Shown one piece after another: positions 48,301 to 60,604 of a stretch of DNA of 64,000 nt; position 1 is the first letter of the stretch, and the number at the start of each line of letters is the position of its first letter. Below the pieces are notes generated by a model. That model was not told where the DNA came from, did no database searches, and saw only the letters and a list, made by a program, of their open reading frames with translations. The translations under genes were made by a program, and so were the position numbers. The DNA is taken from the NCBI RefSeq assembly GCF_021028975.2, contig NC_059438.1, positions 8,060,001 to 8,124,000 on the forward strand, in the 5' to 3' direction. The stretch comes from Sphaerodactylus townsendi. Taxonomy: Eukaryota.

Positions 48301-51300
48301 TGTGGGTGGGGGGCGGGAAAGGAGATTGTCAGCCCCTTAGAGTCTCCTTACAGGAGAGAAAGGGGGGTATAAATCCAAACTCTTCTTCTACTAACCAAGG
48401 CTGACCCTGCTTAGCTTCTAATGTCTGACAAGATCAGGCTAGCTTAACTCAAGGCCGTTTGTGTAGACCAGATCGAATCCTGGCCACAAGGAGCATTGAG
48501 GCAGCTGAGGCAGCTGATGCAGGAGACAGAGTTCACGGCGCTGGCATTCTCCAGACTGAAATGTGCCCAGAGCCACGCTGCTGCTCTGATTCTTCCCCCA
48601 GCGCCTGTACTCAGCCCCTCAGGGTCCATTTCCATGGTTACCCAGGCACCACGGCCTATTCTGACCTCCTCAGTGAAATAGGAGGCCCTCTGGAGCCCCC
48701 TGTTCTTCCTGCATGGAGTGTGTGTGCGAGAAGGAGGAGACGGGGCCCCTAAGGGGCATCAGCCACAGACTTCCTTAACACCTGTGGCCCCTATGCAGTC
48801 TGGTCTCCCACAGTTCCTCTTGCCTGGTGTGGGTGGGTGGGAGTTGGCTCTCCCTTGCTAACTGGCAGTCTGGCTTAGGGCCAAGGCACATCGACAAGAT
48901 GTGAGATAGAATCTCCCAATTAGAAAAAAATACAGTTGGGGCAGGGGTGACATCATCCCAGGCACTCCCCCCTCCCCCTGGCACTGTGAAGAGATGGCAG
49001 CATTTCATGAAAGGAGAGAGAGAGAAGACACCCTGGGGCTCTTCTGAGTCATGAGTGTTTGGCCCTTTGTATGGGTTGGTTCAAACGATGACGGAAGGCT
49101 CGGAGACATGAAGCCAAGTCAGGTCAACTCTGACTGGCAGCAGCTGTCCAAGGTCCTTGACTTTCACTTGCTGCCTGAGACTTTTAACTGGAGGTTCTGA
49201 GGACTGGACATGGGACTTTTTGCAAGCAAGATAGGTGCTCTACCACTGAGCCACAGTCCCTCCCTACAGGTCAGACCAACAGTCTTTCCCATCTAACCAT
49301 GCTGGAGATGGGCTGTACACTTTTTTAAAAAAGCTCTACAGTTAACCATTCATTCCTATTAGCTGAAACCAGGGAATGGAGAAGATGATATTTTAGGGTG
49401 ACGGTACAGGTGCCAGCCAATCAGTGCTGTCCACTCCCTACTTCTACACAAACTTTGCTAAGTGGAAAGAGTTCCCTCCTTTCTTTCTCAGAAGTCTGCC
49501 TAGAAATAAAAGAGACGTCTGGACCGAATGCAGCAAGGAAGTTTTCAGATGGGATCCACAACCCTAAAAAGTCACATCTGCCTCAGGCTAGCCTTATATT
49601 TACCTCTCCCCCTGCCCCAACTTCAACCAGAAAAATACTTGCTACAGAACGTTCTCATACTAGATATTGAGTCTGACTGTTTGCCCTGATCGTTTCACTG
49701 AGACTGCATGAATTCAGACCCTGTTTTCCAAATGTAAGAAGCATTTAACTACAGTTCAAAGATTTGAGACCACTGCAAATCCTCCTTGTCATAAAGTACT
49801 GAAAACAGTTTCCTCCTGCCTGTCTTTCTCCTCTGAAGCCACTGCCAGAGAAGTAAATATTTCACGTCAACGATAACAGAACTCCACCCCAATTCTGCAC
49901 CAAGAATCATGTTCATGTGGCATCGTGTATTCTTACTTTTCTCACCATTCTATTTCTGCTACACATTGGAAGAGACAGAGAAGCATAAAGGACACCAAAG
50001 TCTGAACTGCATCACCAAAATCCTCTTCAGAATCCATGGCGCTTTCATCTGACACAACCTGACATAATAAGGACCATAACCTTGCTGTCTTTTAAAAATA
50101 AACATTCTCTCTCTCAAGTAAAATCAACGGTTCTGAGAAACAATCAATACAAAATACAATCACATAAAGTACAGTCCACAAATCCTGAAACATTTAAACT
50201 CAGTTAAGAATATCTTTCAGCATTTCATATTTGGCATCTTTTATTTAGCATTTAGCATTTCTATCTTACCCTCTTGGGTGGGTCTCCTCATATAGCAGTA
50301 GTGGCATAGTGGCTAAGAGTAGGCGTACTCTGATCTGGACGAACCAGGTTTGATTCCCCGCTCTGCCACCTGAGCTGTGGAGGCTTATCTGGGGAATTCA
50401 GATTAGCCTGTACACTCCAACACACACCAGCTGGGTGACCGTGGGCTAGTCACAGTTCTTCTGAGCTCTCTCAGCCCCACCCACCTCACAGGGTGTTCGT
50501 TGTGAGGGGGGAAGGGAAAGGAGTTTGTAAGCCCCTTTGAGTCTCCTACAGGAGAGAAAGGGAGGGCTATAAAATCCAACTCTTCTTCTTCTATATGGTG
50601 TAGAGGAGAGAAGAAAAGAAGGGAAGGGAAGGGAGGGAAAGAGAAGAAAAGGGAGAGAGGGTTATGTGCCTGTTCCTCCCCCATCACATTTGTTTTCCTT
50701 CTGGGGTTTATGAGGTTGAAGTCCACTCAACAGAATTTTAACAAGAGCATCTTAAAAGTCTCTCTGTGTTGGAAGCATGATCCATCTGCCCTTCACATAA
50801 GCAATCTCTGCAGGTGCAGAAGGGTTTGCATAAGGATAGCAGAGCCCTGTCCCTCTCTCCTCCCCTTCATGCGGATGGAGTCGTATGTACATGGGAGGCC
50901 GTGTACACAGACTACATTTCCCTCCAGCCATCCCACTCATCCAGTATTCAAGTTCAAAGTCCAAATATCTGGTCAAAGAGAGAGCTGGACAAAGACAAAG
51001 GAAGTGCCCAATGGTGAGCCTGACGTGTACCGAAGGGGAGGAGGGAGCTGGGTTCTGTGGAAACCTTTGACGACCAAGCCTTATGCCGACAGCTGTGTGA
51101 GAATGGATATAGCTTGTGGTATAATTCTGAGATTCAGTTGCTGGCCTTTGAGTCAGTCTCTCCCCACACCCCAAAAGTGGCCCCACACTGCCAGTTTCTT
51201 AATGGTGTGTGAAGTTTACTAACAGCTGTCTGGTTGTGTATAGATGTCTTGTCTCTTTGAGGGCACCCTTGCAGGCACAAGGTTGCTTGTGCTGCTGTTT

Positions 51301-54300
51301 GACCTGACATTTTGCACCTCTGACTTCCCTTCCACTTTTAAAATCCTCTCCTCCTTTCTCTCTTTTCATCTTTCTACCCTTTCATCTATCCCTTCTCCTT
51401 TCTCTCCTCTTTTCATCTAACGCTCCATCTTTCTCTCTCTCTTTCTCTTCTTTCTCCTTTCTTTTTTTCTCTATTTCTTCTTTATCTCCTTCTTTCTTTA
51501 TTTATTTTCTTTTCTCTCTTTGCATCTTCTCCCTAGTACTTGGCTAAATGTGGGACTTAATCGAACGTAGACAGGGATTCTACAAGGGTTCACTGGAACG
51601 TCGGAACAAGGCAAATAATATAAGGCAAGTTCCCACACTCACATGCCAGCCACTGCGACTGACACCTTGGGAATGCCTCACTGAGTCACACCCAAGCTTC
51701 AGTCACAAACAACCAGTTTGGCCCCACTTAGGCCACAGCTAGGAGGTGGCTCCCCCCCCCCCCCCACTCCCATTCTCTAGCACAAGCGGCCCATGTTTGT
51801 GATCATAAGTCAGGCACACATCCATTCCATTTGCTACTGACAAAACAGTTGCCAACTCCAGGTCTGGAAATTCCTGGAGGGTTGGGGGCTTGGGGGGCTG
51901 AGTAGGAACCTCAGCAGAATATATAGTCTACCCACCAAAGCAGCCATTTTCTTGAGGAGATTTGATCTCTATAGTTTCGAGGTCTGTTTTAAAGCCAGAC
52001 GAATTCCAGGTCCCCACCTGGGAGTTGGCAAGCTGTTGCTGACAGGGAGCAGCACGATGTCATTCAAGCAGCTGCCTGGCCCCTTGATTTACCACCGGCA
52101 GCTCTACAAAAGTCTTCATTGCTTACAGCCATGAAAGAATTGCTGTTCAACCCCCCTCCCCCCCCCCCAAAAAAAGACATTGTTTGTCCCCAACACAAAC
52201 GCTCTGGCTCCCAGAGTTCCTGCCGTTCCTTCGGTCTGGACAATGGCTTCTTTTATGTCAGCCGTTTCCATCCCACAATAGTCGTGTGTGTTAAAAAAAA
52301 AACACACTAAACAAATCAAGCGAAGAAGAAAACCGGAGCAGTCAGTTCAGGAGGCCAAATGCACACAGCTGAAAAGCTGTGTTTCGCCTTTCATGGGCCT
52401 TGAAGAAGTGACAGACGTTTGAGGTGCCGATAAGGACAGTGGACCCTGGGGGAGTGGACATCATTACACATTTCAAGGGGTGGGGAGGACACATTCACAA
52501 TTATGGCTCAAAGCTCTTTTTGCAGATTAAAGATTAAATTTCAAAGATTACGTATCAAAAGAGCAGGCAAGACGTACCTTCCTCACATGGTTGCTGAGGT
52601 AAATAAAATGGAGGTGAGGAGAACATAAGCCATTTGAGGTTCCCACTGCAGGGAAAGGCAGGGAAGTAAATTAAAAAATAAATACATGAGGACCAGCCAG
52701 ACCAAACAAACAATCCCTCTGGTTGCTCTGGGAGCAAGTAATGTTATCATAGTTGCATAGCTAAGACTTATTCGGATCCAGGCCTCTGAAATGAAGAGGC
52801 AGAAGCTCAGAACTCCACCTGCTCTTAAAAGATCACTCCAAAACCTCCTCCCTGTGCACCTTATGTTTTCTTTTCTTTTCAGGCTCATTTGTGATGCCAC
52901 TGTGAGGGGCATGCAGTGGCGTAGCGCCAAGGGGACGGAGGGGTGAAGTCTATAAAATTATGCATGGGGTCGAAAATGTTGACAGAGAGAAATGTTTCTC
53001 TCTTTCTCACAGTACTAGAACAAGCGGGCATACATTGAAAATGCTGGGGGGAAGAATTAGGACTAATAAAAGGAAACATTTCTTCACGCAACGCGTGATT
53101 GGTGTTTGGAATATGCTGCCACAGGAGGTGGTGATGGCCACTAACCTGGATAGCTTTAAAAGGGGCTTGGACAGATTTATGGAGGAGAAGTCAATCTATG
53201 GCTACCAATCTTGACCCTCCTTGATCTGAGATTGCAAATGCCTCAGCAGACCAGGTGCTTGGGAGCAGCAGTGGCAAAAGGCCATTGCTTTCACATCCTG
53301 CATGTGAACTCCCAAAGGCATCCGGTGGGCTACTGAGAGTAGCAGAGTCATGGACTAGATGGACTCTGGTCTGATGTTCTTATTGTTTAAACTATATGCT
53401 TTTAACCTGCATTATAGATTTTATGTCTGTCTGTCATTGTCATAAGATTGTCTTATTAAGTTGTAAGCTGCTCTGAGCCCAGCCTGCCAGGAAACAATGA
53501 AATACAAATTGAATAAAACAAATGAATAAAACTTCCCATCCACAGCACTGTCTACCTTATAGGGCTGGTATAAAAACTGCAACAAGGTAATATGTGCAAA
53601 GCTCTTCATATGCTGAAAGAGCTCTGCAAATAAATGCCAAAGTTAAGATGCTTCTATGTGGGTGCTTTGTGCTGCCCGGGCTTCCTGAATGCTGCACTGT
53701 TTTCAGGAGCATCCTTTTGCTTCAGTGTTTTTCCATGCTCTGCTGTTGTAGGAGTGCATATGTGCAAGTCCTGACTACATCTGTGCTGTTCCCTTTGGCC
53801 TGTGTAGCTGCCACCTCCCACGCTATAAGCCTCTTGGTTTGTTTTAAAAGGGAATTGCTAGCTGAAAATAGCTTGATAACATTCTAACGATCTATTGCAA
53901 CCAAGTATTAGATCTCAGCTTACATTTTTAAAAAGCAAGCCTCCAGTCCTTTTTCTTGCAGAGTTGTAACGGGAAAGGTGCATAACAAATGGACCAGATA
54001 AATACTTTTGCTCTCTCTCATCTCCCTCCCTCTTGGGGATCCTGTGGCAGTTCGCATGCTTTCTACCCTGTATATTTGTTGATAAAGCAAATACTCCTAA
54101 AACACTATCAAAGCTCTTTCTTTTAAAGGGAACCAGCCGAGGTAAGCACTACCCTTAAACTTCTTACTCCTCAGAGTAGTGGGGTGGGTATAACAGTACG
54201 ATAGAGCAATCATTACAAACAACCATTCTCCCAAATCAGTGTGATTAGCCGTTTTCCTTCAGGCAACCAACCATGGAAAACTTCGACCAAACATGGAAAA

Positions 54301-56453
54301 TGTACAAAGTATTTCTTTTCAGCCATCAATGGCTAATAAGTGCATGTGTAGACAGACTGGCCAGCTACTAAACATTTCTGTAGACTTTTGCACAGATCTT
54401 CTAAATCCCTAAAAAAAAAAAACCCTGCAAGATCTGCGGGAGCAGAAAACTTGGACATGAGACACAGGACTACTTTCCCCATCATCTCCTCCTTCAGGTT
54501 TTTGGAAAACTCTTGGTAGATGCATAACCAGAACCTTTGTAGAGTGGTGGTGCCATCAAGTTGTCGCCAGCTTATGGTGCTTGCTCCTTCTTTCAAGAAG
54601 AGACGTGCAGAGATGGTTTCCCATGGGATGGGAGACCACTTGGATGGGAGACCACTATCTATCTACCACTACTTGGATGGGAGACCACTAAGAAAATCCA
54701 CAGTCGCCATGCAGACAAAAGCAATGCCTACTGCCCTCTGTTAGTCTCTTGCCCTGAAACCCACGCTGGGTTGCCCTAAGTTGGCTGCAACTTTGACCAA
54801 GAGACTACTTCAGGGGGACCTCCGTGGCGTAGTGGTTAAAAGCAGGTGCATTCTAATCTGGAGGAACCGGGTTTGATTCCCCGCTCTGCCACTTGAGCTG
54901 TGGAGGCTTATCTGGGGAATTCAGATTAGCCTGTGCACTCCAGCACACACCAGCAGAGTGACCTTGGGCTAGTCACAGCTTTTCAGAACTCTCTCAGCCT
55001 CACCCACCTCACAGGGTGTTTGTTGTGAGGGGGGAAGGGCAAGGAGATTGTCAGCCCCTTTGAGTCTCCTACAGGAGAGAAAGGGGGGATATAAATCCAA
55101 ACACTTCTTCTTCTCTTCTTCCTGCTGTAATTTTCTAAAAAGAGTACAAGATCAGTATTCCTTCATGTCACACTGGATTCTAAAACTGGAGACGACAGAA
55201 ACTGACCCCGTGATATCCATATTCTATATGCAAAAACTGTCCTTCCGCCACTGATCTACACCCCTCTATGCCTTGTGCTTGTACCTACTCTAGTTGTCAT
55301 GTGCCCTCTGGCTCCACTACTGCCCTTCTCCAATGTTGGAAGCATTGGTGACCCCGCCTGACACACCAAACACTCCACTTAATTGTCCCATCTCTCATTA
55401 GTGCACCTCCCCAGAACGTTTGCATGGCTGGCATATTTGGAGTGCCGGTGACTCCCACGCTGTCCCATTTCCAGCCCCCAAGCGGCCTGGTCACAAGCCA
55501 AGTGAGGGGGCTGAGTCCTGTCCCTTGCATGGAAGTTTGCCAAGAGGGGCAAAGATCAACGTGGCAGGCATTACGGCTAAAAGACTGTTGAAAGGGGGGG
55601 TCCATTGGAACCGGACCACGTCAGCCCAACCCCATGTTTATCTTTCTTTGGCTTTCTGTATCACATGTTTGGGGCCCTTTTCCTCCGGAAGAATGGAGAA
55701 AAACTGCACAGTCACCTCCAACATTTCAGTGCTGAGACCTGGGTCTCTCAGATTCTAGTCCAAGACTCTAACCACTGCACCACACTGGTCTTTCTGCCAG
55801 CCTCTAGTTTGTGAGCTTATGCATGCCCTCCTTGAGGAGGTGTTGGCACTTGCTGCCATCCCCCTAGATGCAGAAATGCCCACCAAAGGGAACTCTGACT
55901 GACATGCCACAAACATTTAAATCAAACTCACCACAGGGGGAAGAAAACAGCAAACAGATCCCCAAACCCACTAATTTACATACCGCAAATTCTACAGCAC
56001 AGGAGCATGCAAGCCAGTATCCACCTGGATTCAAAGGCCTGCTTGGCCAGGATGAGCGTAAAACAGCCCTAGGCCCAAAGTCATCCACCAATTTAAGCCA
56101 CCATTCAGAGAATGCCAAGAAGATAAAACAGGAGTGGGTGGGATGCCCAGGCATGCAAAGCTGAACTTCTCAGAGAAAGGGGGTGCGGTAAAATATTTAT
56201 ACATCATTTTAAGAAGTAACCCTCAGGCAAAGTGTGAGTGCCAGCAGAAAGGGTCACTCTTTCCCCTGCACCTGAGAGAGAGAGAGAGAGAGACAGATAG
56301 AGGGGGGGGGAGAGAGAGAGACAGATAGAGAGAGGGGGGGAGAGAGATAGAGGAGATGATAGATCGATCGATAGATCGATAGATCGATAGATAGATCGAT
56401 AGATCGATAGATCGATAGATCGATAGATCGATAGATCGATAGATCGATAGATC

Positions 56454-56486
<33 letters not shown>

Positions 56487-58485
56487 TAGTCCTAGTGTTT
56501 ATGGTAATTGGCACCCTGGTCACCATTCTGAAAACACTAGAGCAGCACTTGAAACATCTTCAATTTGACAAAATCAACATTTTGAAGGCAACCCTGCTGG
56601 GACCCGCACGAATACTATGCCCATGCATTACAATGTCCTAGGAGGCCTCTGGCTCGAATTGTAATAAAAGGCCAACAGAACTAAAGAACTGGTAGCTGCG
56701 ACATTAAACAAAATTAAATAATAATAATAATTGCCTCAGCTGAGATATTAAACAAAATTAAACAATGACAACACCAATAATAATAATAGCGTACCATCCA
56801 ATTGCAGCAAGCTCACAGCGCCCCCAGGGCTATGTGGTTTTCAAGGTAAGAGATGAGCAGAGGCGGAGTGCCTTCCTCTGCAGAACAACCTCCGCCTTCC
56901 TTGACGGTCCCCCATCCAAACACTACCCCTGACAAGCCCTGTTCATCTTCCAAGCGCTGGCGAGAGAGGGTCAGTCAGGGCTATTTAGGCTACTGCACTA
57001 GCCACCGACCTTACCAAAACAGCCACACAAATATCGGTCACAACATTTTAAGGAGCAGCCCGTCCTCTGAAAAGGGCACCAGCCGCCGCCAGGGTCTTTC
57101 CAAACACTGCACGGGTTGCTGAGACATGACTCTTGAACTGCACCAGCCTTGGGACCCCCCACCCCCAAACCATTTTCCCTACACTCTTCAGCGCAACGTG
57201 GTTCTAGCCCTCATTTCTAAAGCCTTCCGCATCTTCGGTGACCTGGGGAACTGGATACAAAGGCACGGGTGTTCACTGGCTCCTGTGCATTTAACTGTTG
57301 TGCACAGAGGATTTTGACAATCTCCCTTTAAAGAAGCTGGGGTGGAGGTGATTCAGGCAAAATCCCTTCTTCCAAGGTATGGTGTTTCCTTTCACCTCTG
57401 GCCCCCTCTCCCTTCACCATCTCTGGCTTCCTTTGCCCAATTTGTCATATCTTTTCTCCTTCTGACGCCAAGCCTGGAACAATCCCTCCCTTGGGATCCA
57501 GTCGATTCCTCCTGTACTCTAAATCAACTCTCCGTCCTCACACACAATGCTTTTTCTGCCACTTGCTGATTCCCTCCATCTTAAATATGCGTGTTTATCA
57601 CAGAATCCTTTTTGCACAGAACAAGGGCAGGGAAAACCAAATCTCTTGGGCAGCGGGAGGCGGGAGGGAGGGTGGGAGAGGGGACCCCAGTCCGAAAGGT
57701 GTGGGCTATTTCAGGAAGACATTTGGTGGAAAGCACAGTGGCCAGATGCCAACACCTCTAGCCCCAGCTTCAGGACCAACAGGTGTGTGCAGTGTCCCAG
57801 ACCCTTAGTATTATATCCATTTGCAGACTTCATGAAACAGCAATTGCGCGGGGGAGGGGGGAGGGACCCAGCTCTTCCCCTACAACCTTTCTCGAGCAAC
57901 TGATATCGGTCAAAGGCAGCACTATAGCTTCAAGAACGGTGCCATGGAGAGGAGTCACCCTATCCACAAGGCGTGCCATGAGAAGAGGCCAGCAGAGGTG
58001 GTTTGCCATGCCATAGCCCGCCTCTGCCCAGCACCCCCAGGTCCTCCTTAGGGGTCTCCCACCCAAGTTCTGACCGTGGCCCACCCCGCCTCGCTTTTCA
58101 GCTGGGATAAGCTCGGGCCAAACTGGGTGTTCCGAGTCGCTCCGTAAACCAGCCCTCGTTCCCGATCCTGCGCAGCGCCGTCCACCCCACAACAGTCAAC
58201 CCTTTTGCGCGTTCGGTCCTGGCTAGCCGCCCTGCACAGCCGGGAGAGGACCCGCCGCCCTCTGCACTTGCTCCAAGGCACTCTCGTCTGACCAGCCTGA
58301 TTTTCTAAAAGTCCAAACAAGGAAGGGGACTCCCCCCGCCCCGGCTTGCGGCTACTCACGATCTCCACGATCATCAAGACGCCAACGGGGGACCTCAGGA
58401 AATCGAGGTCCAGGGAGGGCGATCCCGTGTGTGCCCCGGCGGAGGTGCTGGTGCGGGTGTTGACTTTGGCGGGGAAATCGGCCAT
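42256..58485 (-). CDS. PLLP: Plasmolipin (MARVEL-domain tetraspan; 4 coding exons, 543 nt, 180 aa)
   Basis: complement(join(42256-42375,43715-43837,46472-46645,58360-58485)). All phase-0 GT-AG introns. MADFPAKVNTRTS, YGWVMFVAVF, KLYMIPWP, YNRRAAASFFACLVMI match plasmolipin. Confidence 0.96.
42424..42915 (-). mobile_element. CR1 LINE 3' fragment
   Basis: Minus frame MAKGLEPMLYEERLRELGMFRLVKRRLRGD...IRKNFLTVRAV; ctctatgattc tail. Confidence 0.92.
43715..43837 (-). CDS. PLLP: PLLP coding exon 3
   Basis: LLVFNAAASVLYATAFVTSATSVELYSWPHSPDYNRRAAAS; cccag| and |gtgggt. Confidence 0.94.
43990..44310 (+). mobile_element. Degraded CR1-type LINE 3' fragment
   Basis: gaggtttacaaaattatgcaggg...tgaaattgatgggcagtaaattcaagatggacaaaa; homologous to 52945-53215. 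Confidence 0.65.
44497..44659 (-). mobile_element. CR1 LINE 3' end
   Basis: Reverse complement of the 3820-3960 sequence. Confidence 0.88.
45400..45508. repeat. Palindrome, 54-bp arms, 1-nt spacer, 1 mismatch
   Basis: 45400-45453 is the reverse complement of 45455-45508. Confidence 0.95.
46472..46645 (-). CDS. PLLP: PLLP coding exon 2
   Basis: VLGCLVWTLIADTYYQPYPSYGWVMFVAVFFWMVTVILFAMYLFQLQLKLYMIPWPIV; tgcag| and |gtgagt. Confidence 0.95.
46865..47156 (+). mobile_element. Squam3-like SINE (divergent subfamily), head-to-head with an older antisense SINE at about 46680-46862
   Basis: Same head, CORE-like segment and tail layout. Confidence 0.8.
47975..48445 (-). mobile_element. 5S rRNA-derived SINE split by a Squam3-like insertion
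   Basis: ggtctctcatccaag (to 48104) and tactaaccaaggctgaccctgcttagcttct (from 48389) join into the reverse complement of the 5S rRNA internal control region. Confidence 0.75.
48105..48388 (+). mobile_element. Squam3-like SINE
   Basis: Near full-length copy with (CTT)n tail. Confidence 0.85.
50294..50591 (+). mobile_element. Squam3-like SINE
   Basis: Full-length copy with (CTT)n tail. Confidence 0.85.
51340..51533. repeat. CT-rich low-complexity tract
   Basis: About 190 nt, almost entirely pyrimidine on the plus strand. Confidence 0.85.
52945..53385 (+). mobile_element. CR1-type LINE 3' fragment
   Basis: EVYKIMHGVENVDREKCFSLSHSTRTSGHTLK...HFFTQRVIGVWNMLPQEVV ORF2 C-terminus plus 3' tail. 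Confidence 0.9.
54822..55121 (+). mobile_element. Squam3-like SINE
   Basis: Full-length copy with (CTT)n tail. Confidence 0.85.
56275..56486. repeat. Compound microsatellite (GA)n / (GATCGATA)n / (GATA)n
   Basis: Directly visible. Confidence 0.95.
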
Positions 58486-58850
58486 CCTCCGCTGGGCGCG
58501 GGGCACCTGGCCCGGGCAGGAAGGCAAAGAGACCTCGCCGCGGATGCGCGCAACCCGGGGAAGCTCAGAGCGCCGCCAAAGCACCTCCGGGCGCACGTCG
58601 GGGTGCCTGCAAGGCTCGCAGGGCGTGGGCGGCCACCAGGCGGCGCCAAAGTGCCCGCAGCCGAGGGGAGGGCGAGCCCGGCCGTCCCCAGGCTGCTTAA
58701 CCCTTTCCCAGGGAGTTGCCAACTTCAGCCAGAGAGGCCCGGCTCCTCTGCTGAAAGGGAGCAAGCGAAGGGCTCCTGGACGGGGCGGGCAGAAGCGGTG
58801 CCAGGTGCATGGACAGGGGAAGAGGCGGCAACTCGGTTGCGTTCCCACGA
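58050..58850 (-). promoter_or_regulatory. PLLP: PLLP CpG island / promoter
   Basis: GC- and CpG-rich region spanning exon 1, with GC boxes (GGGCGG). Confidence 0.8.
58360..58485 (-). CDS. PLLP: PLLP coding exon 1
   Basis: MADFPAKVNTRTSTSAGAHTGSPSLDLDFLRSPVGVLMIVEI; aggATGG context; |gtgagt. Confidence 0.94.
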
Positions 58851-59062
58851 GGGGTCACTTGCTTTTCTGGCTGTGTATTGATCGGCTGCAGCATCCACTT
58901 GGCCTCTATGTGGGATTCGACAGCCCACTGGTCTGATCCAGCAGGGCTGTTTCAAAGCGCAGGAACACAGTCAGGGAACGACATTGGCAACCTGGCTGAT
59001 CCCCGTTTACACTTGGTTGCCATTCTTGCTGCCAAGATGCCTGTACAGGAGCAGGAAGGAGT

Positions 59063-59398
59063 NNNNNNNNNNNNNNNNNNNNNNNNNNNNNNNNNNNNNN
59101 NNNNNNNNNNNNNNNNNNNNNNNNNNNNNNNNNNNNNNNNNNNNNNNNNNNNNNNNNNNNNNNNNNNNNNNNNNNNNNNNNNNNNNNNNNNNNNNNNNNN
59201 NNNNNNNNNNNNNNNNNNNNNNNNNNNNNNNNNNNNNTCCCCCCCCCCCCCCCCCGCCCGCCCCGCCGCCNNNNNNNNNNNNNNNNNNNNNNNNNNNNNN
59301 NNNNNNNNNNNNNNNNNNNNNNNNNNNNNNNNNNNNNNNNNNNNNNNNNNNNNNNNNNNNNNNNNNNNNNNNNNNNNNNNNNNNNNNNNNNNNNNNNN
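59063..59398. other. Assembly gaps (N runs 59063-59237 and 59271-59398) with poly-C flanks to about 59500
   Basis: Directly visible. Confidence 0.99.
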
Positions 59399-59455
59399 CC
59401 CCCCCCCCCCCCACATTTACCCCCCCCACCCCCCCCCCCTCCCCTTCCCCCCCCC

Positions 59456-59487
<32 letters not shown>

Positions 59488-60238
59488 ACCCCCCCCCCCA
59501 GCAAAGGAGAACGCGCGACTCCGCAGGCATCTCTCACTTTTGCAATGTCCTGCCTGAGCCAGTAGGTGGCAGGCGCGACCACCTTTTAGGGTTGCGCTTC
59601 TGGCCGAATTAGTTTAGTTATTTCGCCCCGTTGAGATCCACGTTTGCCTGTGTGGATCGTGCCTTTTGCGTAGAGAACAAGGTCTGCCTGCAATTTGCGG
59701 GTACGCTAAATAAAGGCCTCAAGGATGTGTGTGTTGTGTTGTGTTTGTGTGTGAAGAGCTTTATGAAAACAGCAAGCCTCTAACCCCCCCCCCCCCCTTA
59801 ATCTGCTGGACGAAAAAGCAGTACAGACAATAATTGCAAAATGGGTTAACGTGATTCGATAAATGCAAAACTTTAAAACTTTGGGGCTGCTGGCAACTGA
59901 GATTTGGGGGAGTTGATTTGACTCGGAATTCCCCCCTGCTATAGTCTTTTCACACCTGGTTCAGCGATGGAGAAAAATACGATTGGAAGGGTACTGTCGT
60001 ATTTCTCTTCTGCAGAATCCAATCCCAGGAGCTAAAATTAGCAGGCGAGAGAGAAGGCTTTTTGCGCAGCGTTCAGCTCTTAGGATCGCGGCCGCGTGAA
60101 AGAATAGAAGCCGTTTCCGCTGCACAGCACAGCCGTGGGGCTGGCACTCCGCGGATCCAGTTTGTGAAGCCAGAAGCTAAACAGGTCTGTTGGAAACGGA
60201 GCAAGAATTTTTACAGAAAGCGGAAAAAAATCAGCTTT

Positions 60239-60321
60239 TGTCAGAAGTGGGATTCGAACCCACGCCTCCAGGGGAGACTGCGACCTGAACGCAGCGCCTT
60301 AGACCGCTCGGCCATCCTGAC
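60239..60321 (-). tRNA. tRNA-Leu-CAG: tRNA-Leu(CAG), 83 nt, no intron
   Basis: Minus strand GTCAGGATGGCCGAGCGGTCTAAGGCGCTGCGTTCAGGTCGCAGTCTCCCCTGGAGGCGTGGGTTCGAATCCCACTTCTGACA. Intact cloverleaf with long variable arm and A/B boxes. T7 Pol III terminator 8 nt downstream (A-run 60224-60230). CpG-rich flanks. Confidence 0.98.
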
Positions 60322-60604
60322 TCGCTGATTGGAGCTCCCTCGTTTCGTGCAAGAGATTTTGAAAAAACGGGAGTGTGTGGGCTTTCATCATACCCAGCAA
60401 GATTGCACAGGCGCAGTTTCATTTTCCTTTACCGTGCGCTACTGCTGCAAATGAAGACCCGACGCACAGCTGGGGCTGCCCTGGGTCTTAGTGTCCCCGG
60501 TTTTATCAGAGAATCCAAGTTCTGCTTAGAGAATCTCATTTATGATTTTTTACTTTGGGACCCTCACAGGCTACTGGGGAATTGCTCCACATTATGGTGG
60601 GCCA

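Noticed and set aside
48087-48445. Possible 5S rRNA gene
   Set aside because: Partial, diverged, interrupted and fused to a non-5S tail; treated as a SINE remnant.
52170-52285. Three SOX-like ACAAT/ATTGT motifs in PLLP intron 1 (possible glial enhancer)
   Set aside because: Short motifs are expected by chance, there is no clear dimeric spacing, and conservation cannot be assessed here.
58048-58936. 266-aa (-) and 196-aa (+) ORFs over the PLLP CpG island
   Set aside because: GC-rich sequence lacks stops. Only 58360-58485 matches plasmolipin; the rest has no recognisable homology.
58809-59612. Long Pro/Gly-rich ORFs spanning 58.8-59.6 kb
   Set aside because: They stay open only because they cross N gaps and poly-C low-quality sequence.
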